A stretch of 64,000 nucleotides of DNA from Thermoplasmatales archaeon (lineage in GTDB: Archaea > Thermoplasmatota > E2 > DHVEG-1): contig CP070836.1 in the NCBI GenBank assembly GCA_020341795.1, forward strand, positions 1,303,212-1,367,211. Reading direction: 5' to 3'. The position numbers and the translations under genes are program-made. Shown one piece after another: positions 57,902 through 64,000 of this stretch (positions within the stretch are counted from its first letter, which is position 1; every line of letters starts with the position of its first letter). The notes under the pieces were generated by a model that was given only the letters and a program-made list of their open reading frames with translations, had not been told where the DNA came from and did not search any database.

Positions 57902-59188
57902 ATGACTCTTAAAGGATTTAATGCATACAAGATGGCTCAAGAACAATTTGATAAAGTTGCTGATATGTTGGAACTAGATCAAACAACACGAGATTTACTT
58001 AGAGTTCCAATGCGTGAATATCATTTTCTTATCCCTGTAAAGATGGATGACGGTAATATAAAGATCTTTAAAGGTTTTAGAATTCAACACAATGATGCAA
58101 AAGGACCGTGTAAAGGTGGAATTCGATTTCATCCTCAGGAAACAGCTGATACTGTACGTGCTCTTTCTATGTGGATGACTTGGAAGTGTGCTGTAGTTGA
58201 TATTCCATTAGGTGGTGGAAAAGGAGGAGTTATATGCGATCCACATAATCTTTCAGAAAGAGAACAGGAAAACTTATGTAGAGGTTGGATCAGACAAATA
58301 GCAAGGGATATCGGACCTATGCGTGATGTTCCTGCTCCTGATGTCATGACAAACAGTCAGCATATGCTTTGGATGATGGATGAATATCAAACAATAATTG
58401 GAGGACAATATCCCGGAGTAATCACTGGTAAACCAGTTGGATTAGGTGGATCGTTGGGACGTCCAGAAGCAACTGGATATGGATTAGTATATATGCTTAG
58501 AGAAGCATTAAAAGAAATGGATATTGATATTGGTAAAACGACTGCATCTATTGAAGGATTTGGCAACGTCGCTCGTTATGCTGCTGAATTATATATTGAA
58601 TATGGTGGAACAGTGGTATCTATTTCATGTTGGGATCAAAAAGATAACCGTGCATATAGTTATTATAAAGGAAAAGGGATTGATTTAGAAGAACTTGTTA
58701 AAATCACAGATCGATTTGGGACTATTGATAAGAAAAAAGCTGAACAACTTGGATATGAATGTCACCCAAGTAAGGATTGGCTTAAGCATGAAGTAGATAT
58801 ACTTATGCCTAATGCTTTGGAAAATTCAATTACAAAGGACAATGTAAATGATATTAATTCTAGTGTTAAATTAGTTATATGCGGAGCTAATGGTCCTATT
58901 ACTCCTGAAGCAGATGATATACTTGAAAAGAAAAATATTGTGGTAATACCTGATTTTTTAGCAAATGCAGGTGGTGTTGTCGTTAGTTATTTTGAACAGG
59001 TTCAAAACAATCAAAACTATTATTGGAGTAAAGAAGAAGTCCTTGGTAAACTTGATGACAAGATGACAGATGCTTTTCATAAAGCCTGGGAGCTTGCAAA
59101 AAGAAAAAAAGTACGATTAAGAGACGCTGCATATATGATAGCTATTTCAAGAATTGTTGAGGCATGTAAGTTAAGAGGTTGGTTATAA
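57902..59188 (+). CDS. gdhA: glutamate dehydrogenase
   Basis: KGGIRFHP and PLGGGKGG catalytic motifs, GFGNVA dinucleotide fold, 428 aa. Confidence 0.9.
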   Translation: MTLKGFNAYKMAQEQFDKVADMLELDQTTRDLLRVPMREYHFLIPVKMDDGNIKIFKGFRIQHNDAKGPCKGGIRFHPQETADTVRALSMWMTWKCAVVDIPLGGGKGGVICDPHNLSEREQENLCRGWIRQIARDIGPMRDVPAPDVMTNSQHMLWMMDEYQTIIGGQYPGVITGKPVGLGGSLGRPEATGYGLVYMLREALKEMDIDIGKTTASIEGFGNVARYAAELYIEYGGTVVSISCWDQKDNRAYSYYKGKGIDLEELVKITDRFGTIDKKKAEQLGYECHPSKDWLKHEVDILMPNALENSITKDNVNDINSSVKLVICGANGPITPEADDILEKKNIVVIPDFLANAGGVVVSYFEQVQNNQNYYWSKEEVLGKLDDKMTDAFHKAWELAKRKKVRLRDAAYMIAISRIVEACKLRGWL

Positions 59189-59203
59189 ATTTAGATTGAG
59201 ATT

Positions 59204-61336
59204 ATGAACCTTAATGATAAAGAAAAAAAAATTAAATCAGCTATTGAAGAAATTACAGGTATCAAGTTAAATCACCAAGAGGTCAGTAGGGATAAAGATA
59301 AAAAGTACAGTGAGTCTAAACTTATAATAAAAGACGTTAAAGGTAAAGAACTAGCAAAGGTCCAAAACCTGAGAGATTTTGAAGATGTTTTATTGTCAGT
59401 TAATAAAGATATTATTTTAAGATGTGCAAAAAGAAATGAGTTTTCTAAATGGTTAAAATCTATAGGAGAAAGCGAACTCGCTGATAAATTCTTAACAATT
59501 GAAAAAGAATTTGATGAGGGTGAAAAACTAAGGAAAAAAATGATAGATATTATAGAAGAATTTAGATATTCTATTAACCAGAGCTATGTGACAAGTTACC
59601 ATAGAACCAGTGAGGAGCATCATATAAAATTAAGTCACATAGGAACCGGTTCCTTTGGTGGTAAGGCAAGAGGGGTAGCATTTTTAGCAAAAATTTTATC
59701 TAAATACGTAACTGATGATATGTTTCCTGGTTTAAAAATTACTATTCCAAGAAGTATCGTTTTATCAACTGATGTTTTTGATTCTTTTATTGAACATAAT
59801 GACCTAGCAAAATTAGATATTTCTCACATGTCTGATGAAAGAATTGCTTCGAAATTTATGGCTGCTAATTTACCTGCTACAATCATTGGTGATCTTCGCT
59901 CGTTTATCACAAATACTAGGCGACCATTAATCGTTAGGTCATCAAGTCTTCTTGAAGATTCACTCTTACAGCCCTTTGCAGGTATTTATGCCTCCATGTT
60001 GCTTCCTAACGAATCTTGGGGAACAGATCTCAGGTTTCAAGAGGTCTGTAATGCTATAAAATATGTATATGCATCAACTTATTTTGAAAAAGCGAGGACT
60101 TATATTAAATCTACACCAAAGAATGTTAGTGATGAAAAAATGGCGGTGTTACTTCAAGAGGTTGTTGGTAACAAATATGATACTTATTTTTATCCAACTA
60201 TTTCAGGGGTAGCAAAATCTTATAATTATTACCCTTCTGGTTCATGTAAACCTGAAGATGGAATAGCATATCTCACCCTTGGTCTAGGTAAGTCTATAGT
60301 TGATGGAGGTAGCAGTTATTGTTTCTGCCCTGAAAAGCCAAAAGCTCCTCTATTTGGCACGCCGAAGGATTTCATGAGATATTCGCAAAAAAGTTACTAT
60401 GCGTTAAAGCTGAAATCTGTTTATACTATTTTTACCAAAAATGAAGAAACCACCTTAGAAAAACTCGAAGTCGATATTGCTAAAAAACATGGTGTTTTAG
60501 ATAAAGTTGCATCTACATATCTTCATAGAGATGATAGTCTTTATCCTGGTTTATACGACGAAGGTGCTATAGTTATAGATTTTGGCCCTATTGTTAATTA
60601 TGATACAATACCTCTTGCAAAGGCATTAAAACTACTTCTTCGTGTTGGCGCGCTTGCTCTTGGTTATCCTATAGAAATAGAATTTGCTGTTAACTTTAAC
60701 AGGGATGAATCGAAGCCTGCGGAGCTAATAATATTACAGATACGAAGTATGATCCCACCTGATAAGTATCAGGATGTTAACATTGAAAATATCGATGTAG
60801 ATAAAGTTCTTTGCTATAGTGAAAATGCTTTAGGTAATGGTATAATAAGTGGTTTTAAAGATATTGTATATATTAAATCAGAATCTTTTGATATGTCAAA
60901 TTCTAATAGAGCAGTTAGTCAAATAAGAAGAATGAATCTTAAGTTGATGGATGCAGGTAAACCATACATGCTTATTGGTCCTGGACGATGGGGCTCAGCT
61001 GATCCCTGGCTTGGAATACCTATCATCTGGAGTGATATAGCAGGGGTTAAAGTTATTTTAGAAACTCCGTATAAAGAAAGACCGATAGATCCCTCTCAAG
61101 GTTCTCATTTTTTTCATGATATGATATCCTCACAAGTAGGTTATTTAATAACAAAAAAAGATAAGGGAAATATTGATTGGAAATGGCTAGAATCCCTAAA
61201 ACTAATTGAAGAAACAGAAGATGTAAAACATGTAGAAACACCTTCTGAGCTAGAAGTGAGTATAGATGGAAAACGTGGCAAAGCAATCATAAAGGAAAAA
61301 CTAATGATAGATAACAAAATAAAAACAAAAAAATAG
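59204..61336 (+). CDS. PEP/pyruvate-binding (PPDK_N ATP-grasp) domain protein without phosphohistidine or PEP-binding domains; GPGRWGS C-terminal module
   Basis: GGKARGVAFL, IVRSSSLLEDS..FAGIY, MAVLLQEVVG, SGVAKSYN and IEIEFAV follow the PPDK_N pattern. The C-terminus has LIGPGRWGSADPWLG...GSHFFHDM. No GGxTSHAA swivel motif is present. Confidence 0.7.
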   Translation: MNLNDKEKKIKSAIEEITGIKLNHQEVSRDKDKKYSESKLIIKDVKGKELAKVQNLRDFEDVLLSVNKDIILRCAKRNEFSKWLKSIGESELADKFLTIEKEFDEGEKLRKKMIDIIEEFRYSINQSYVTSYHRTSEEHHIKLSHIGTGSFGGKARGVAFLAKILSKYVTDDMFPGLKITIPRSIVLSTDVFDSFIEHNDLAKLDISHMSDERIASKFMAANLPATIIGDLRSFITNTRRPLIVRSSSLLEDSLLQPFAGIYASMLLPNESWGTDLRFQEVCNAIKYVYASTYFEKARTYIKSTPKNVSDEKMAVLLQEVVGNKYDTYFYPTISGVAKSYNYYPSGSCKPEDGIAYLTLGLGKSIVDGGSSYCFCPEKPKAPLFGTPKDFMRYSQKSYYALKLKSVYTIFTKNEETTLEKLEVDIAKKHGVLDKVASTYLHRDDSLYPGLYDEGAIVIDFGPIVNYDTIPLAKALKLLLRVGALALGYPIEIEFAVNFNRDESKPAELIILQIRSMIPPDKYQDVNIENIDVDKVLCYSENALGNGIISGFKDIVYIKSESFDMSNSNRAVSQIRRMNLKLMDAGKPYMLIGPGRWGSADPWLGIPIIWSDIAGVKVILETPYKERPIDPSQGSHFFHDMISSQVGYLITKKDKGNIDWKWLESLKLIEETEDVKHVETPSELEVSIDGKRGKAIIKEKLMIDNKIKTKK

Positions 61337-61350
61337 ATGGGAGATGGAAA

Positions 61351-64000
61351 ATGAATAAAAAAAACAAAGAAAAAATGAGTACAAATTTTTCGTCTCATTA
61401 TCAAATGGATAAACTTAAAGAAAGGATCAAAGAACTAAACTGCCTTTATGGCTTGACTGATATTGTTAAAGATAGAAATCTTACAAAAGACGAGGCATTG
61501 AAAAAAATTATTGAATTAGTTCCTCCAGCATGGCAGTATCCTGATATTACCTGTACTAGAATTACCATAGAGGGGAAAGAATATAAAACTAACAATTTTA
61601 AAGAAACTAAATGGAGTCAAGTAAGTAATATTATATTAGATGATAAAAAAATTGGGGTTTTAGAAGTTTATTACTTAGAAGAAAAACCCCAGTTGGATGA
61701 AGGACCGTTTCTATTTGAAGAAAGAAGATTAATTGATGCTATCTCTGATCTTTTAGGAAAATATATTGGAGAAAGCAGAATCAAAAAAGCACTTACAGAG
61801 TCTAAAACTTCAGAAAAAAAACAAGATTGGGAAGTTATAATCGATTTACTCATAAAAACAGACCCGAGAACGCTACTAAGGATGACAAGAAAAATGACAT
61901 ATTATCTTTATAGATATGAAAACGAAAAAATAACATCCTTATTAAGCACAATTTGCCCTGTTGATAAAGAGTCATCATCAAGTCAATGGTGTGGTATAAA
62001 TATGCCGAACCCTCGACAGGATCTCGACTCTTTGAAAAATATTCAAAAACAAGTCTTTGAAATAGCAAAAGAAACTATTCCACCCGAAGAGATCTCAAAT
62101 TTGTTTCAAAACTGGATGAAACAGGATAAGGCTCGTCCACTACTATTATCCTCCCAAAAAGAAGGTATATCTTTATTAGAGATAACTAATGAACTAAACA
62201 GATTTTATAACCAGGATGTAGAAGAAACCACTTTGGCTCCAGAAGATAAGGTTAGCATTAAAACTGCTCTGATAAGACGTTTTTTTACAAACCGGCCGGA
62301 GTATGTAAATATTGCGAAAACATTTATTGAACCTGAAGACTTTGTTTCATTATTAGGGCACACTGTAGGTCCTACCTATGGATCTGGTAAATTTGGAGGT
62401 AAGACTTCAGGGGTTTTTTTAGCGGAAAGAATCCTAAAAGAAAATATGGAAAAAAATGAAGCACTTAGAGACATATCTTTTCCTAAAAGCTGGTATGTCA
62501 CCTCAGATACCATATTTAATTTCATCCATTACAATGATTTAGATGAAACATTTCAAACTAAATACTTGCATCCTGATCAAATACGTCAAGAGCAACCATT
62601 CTTAGAACAAGTTTTTAAAAATGCTACATTTCCTCATGAAATAGTTGAAGGATTTCGGCGTATAATCCGGGATTTAGAAGGAAAACCTATAATAGTTCGA
62701 TCATCAAGCCTACTTGAAGATAGTTATGGTGCTGCTTTCTCGGGTAAATATAAAAGTCTCTTTGTTTCAAATAATGGTAGTGAGGAAGAAAGGCTATATT
62801 CCTTAATGGATGCAATCGCTGAGGTTTATGCATCAGTATTTGGTCCAGACCCTATAGAATATAGGCGTGAGCGAGGATTACTTGATTTTAGCGAAGAAAT
62901 GGGCATACTCATCCAAGAGGTTGTAGGAATTAAAGTAGGACATTACTATATGCCAGTTTTTGGAGGTGTAGCCTTCAGCAAGAATGAGTTCCAATGGTCT
63001 CCACGCATACAGCGAGAGGATGGAATGATACGCTTAGTTCCAGGTTTAGGTACAAGAGCAGTTGATAGAGTGGGAAACGACTACCCGATTCTTGTTTCAC
63101 CCAAAAAACCTAAACTACAAGTTAACGCTCTAGTAAGTGAAAAAATCCAGTATTCACCGATATATATGGATGTTATAAATCTAAAATCAGGCGCAATTGA
63201 AACAGTTGATGCCATTGATTTATTTAAAGAACATGCTGATGAGATCCCCAACCTAAATCAAATAATATCAATTCATAAAGATGGGCGACTTGTTAACCCT
63301 CCAAGTATTCTATTAAATCCTAAAGAATCAGATATGGTAATTACATTTTCAAATCTTTTTGAAAAAAGTGATTTTTTAGAAAAAATGAAACATATTTTGT
63401 TTTTACTTGAAGAAAAAATTGGTACCCCTGTTGATGTAGAGTTTGCATCAGATGGAGAAAAACTCTATGTGCTTCAATGTCGCCCTCAGAGTCAGTCTAT
63501 AGAAATGGAAAGAAAACCAATTCCTAAAAATATTTCACAGGATAAAAAATTATTCTCTACTAACAGATATGTAACTACAGGTCAAGTAGAAAATATTGAG
63601 TATATTGTCTATGTTGTCCCAGAGGAATATTTAAACTTAGAATCAAGGGAAGAGATGCAAAAAATTGCGACAATAATTAATGAATTAAACAATAAACTAC
63701 CAAAAAGGAAGTTTATACTTATGGGACCTGGTAGATGGGGTAGCAGAGGAGATATAAAACTTGGAGTACCAGTTAAATATGGTGATATTAATAACACATC
63801 ACTATTGGTAGAAATTGCAAAAGAAAAAGGAGGGTATACACCTGAGCTTTCTTTTGGAACTCATTTCTTCCAAGATCTAGTTGAAGCTAAAATAAAGTAT
63901 TTACCGCTTTATCCTGATGTGTCTACAATCACGTTTAATGAAGATATGCTTCTCTATCAAGAAAACCAACTCTTTCGCATTCTTAATAATTATAAAAAAT
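61351..64000 (+). CDS. larger paralogous PPDK_N-domain protein with N-terminal sensor-like module; 3' end outside the window (not in track because no stop is reached)
   Basis: Frame open from ATG 61351 to the window edge. N-terminal LNCLYGLTDIV...PPAWQYPDI...DEGPFLFEERRLIDAI; then FGGKTSGVFL, IIVRSSSLLEDSYGAAFSGKY, MGILIQEVVG, VDVEFASDGEKLYVLQCRP, LMGPGRWGSRGD...FGTHFFQDL. Confidence 0.75.
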   Translation, partial: MNKKNKEKMSTNFSSHYQMDKLKERIKELNCLYGLTDIVKDRNLTKDEALKKIIELVPPAWQYPDITCTRITIEGKEYKTNNFKETKWSQVSNIILDDKKIGVLEVYYLEEKPQLDEGPFLFEERRLIDAISDLLGKYIGESRIKKALTESKTSEKKQDWEVIIDLLIKTDPRTLLRMTRKMTYYLYRYENEKITSLLSTICPVDKESSSSQWCGINMPNPRQDLDSLKNIQKQVFEIAKETIPPEEISNLFQNWMKQDKARPLLLSSQKEGISLLEITNELNRFYNQDVEETTLAPEDKVSIKTALIRRFFTNRPEYVNIAKTFIEPEDFVSLLGHTVGPTYGSGKFGGKTSGVFLAERILKENMEKNEALRDISFPKSWYVTSDTIFNFIHYNDLDETFQTKYLHPDQIRQEQPFLEQVFKNATFPHEIVEGFRRIIRDLEGKPIIVRSSSLLEDSYGAAFSGKYKSLFVSNNGSEEERLYSLMDAIAEVYASVFGPDPIEYRRERGLLDFSEEMGILIQEVVGIKVGHYYMPVFGGVAFSKNEFQWSPRIQREDGMIRLVPGLGTRAVDRVGNDYPILVSPKKPKLQVNALVSEKIQYSPIYMDVINLKSGAIETVDAIDLFKEHADEIPNLNQIISIHKDGRLVNPPSILLNPKESDMVITFSNLFEKSDFLEKMKHILFLLEEKIGTPVDVEFASDGEKLYVLQCRPQSQSIEMERKPIPKNISQDKKLFSTNRYVTTGQVENIEYIVYVVPEEYLNLESREEMQKIATIINELNNKLPKRKFILMGPGRWGSRGDIKLGVPVKYGDINNTSLLVEIAKEKGGYTPELSFGTHFFQDLVEAKIKYLPLYPDVSTITFNEDMLLYQENQLFRILNNYKK

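Noticed and set aside
61053-63797. Minus-strand track ORFs 61053-61286, 61141-61404, 61671-61853, 61850-62068 and 63609-63797.
   Set aside because: They are antisense to the two PPDK_N-type genes. The second of these is missing from the track only because it has no stop within the window.
1-64000. Looked for CRISPR arrays, rRNA genes and long tandem or direct repeats.
   Set aside because: I saw no regularly spaced repeats of 25-40 nt and no long GC-rich structured stretches apart from the three tRNAs. A computational repeat scan would still be needed to exclude short arrays.

Overview
AT-rich (roughly two-thirds A+T by eye, not computed) chromosomal segment from an archaeon. Archaeal hallmarks include GGGP synthase, CDP-archaeol synthase, aIF-1A, Alba, Cbf5, archaeal-type adenylate and cytidylate kinases, split GMP synthase, PurP, XPD, FEN1, Tsr3, Trm112 and the uL15-SecY-Adk-DUF106-Cmk-Cbf5 block. 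I cannot assign a lineage from sequence alone. All product calls rest on motifs read from the translated ORFs; no database search was possible. I call about 60 CDS, three tRNAs (Ser-GGA, Ala-GGC, Gly-CCC), one tRNA 3'-half remnant and one transposase fragment. I found no rRNA and no CRISPR array. Most of the window is housekeeping. The loci most worth a second look are: (1) a three-gene, tightly spaced gdhA operon with two paralogous PPDK_N-type ATP-grasp proteins that lack the phosphohistidine and PEP domains and carry a shared GPGRWGS...(S/T)HFF(H/Q)D C-terminal module (57902-64000); (2) two divergent B12-type radical SAM enzymes with a PaaK-like adenylating enzyme and an unlisted 54-aa Cys-rich ORF (9127-13956); (3) a cyclic-nucleotide module made of a GNAT-GNAT-cNMP-binding fusion, a class II PDE-like MBL hydrolase and an SthA-like flavoprotein (14124-17990); (4) a secreted-protein island (49356-57347) holding a 1237-aa clan-CD-like protein, a CrtC/AttH-like protein, and rhodanese- and papain-fusions that share a C-terminal beta-domain and a conserved non-TM tail, partly bracketed by tRNA-Gly and a degraded copy of its 3' half; (5) two conserved enzymes (a radical SAM and RNase J) whose conserved N-termini lie upstream of the first ATG, behind good Shine-Dalgarno sites but with no canonical start codon. 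Functional interpretations of these loci are inference.
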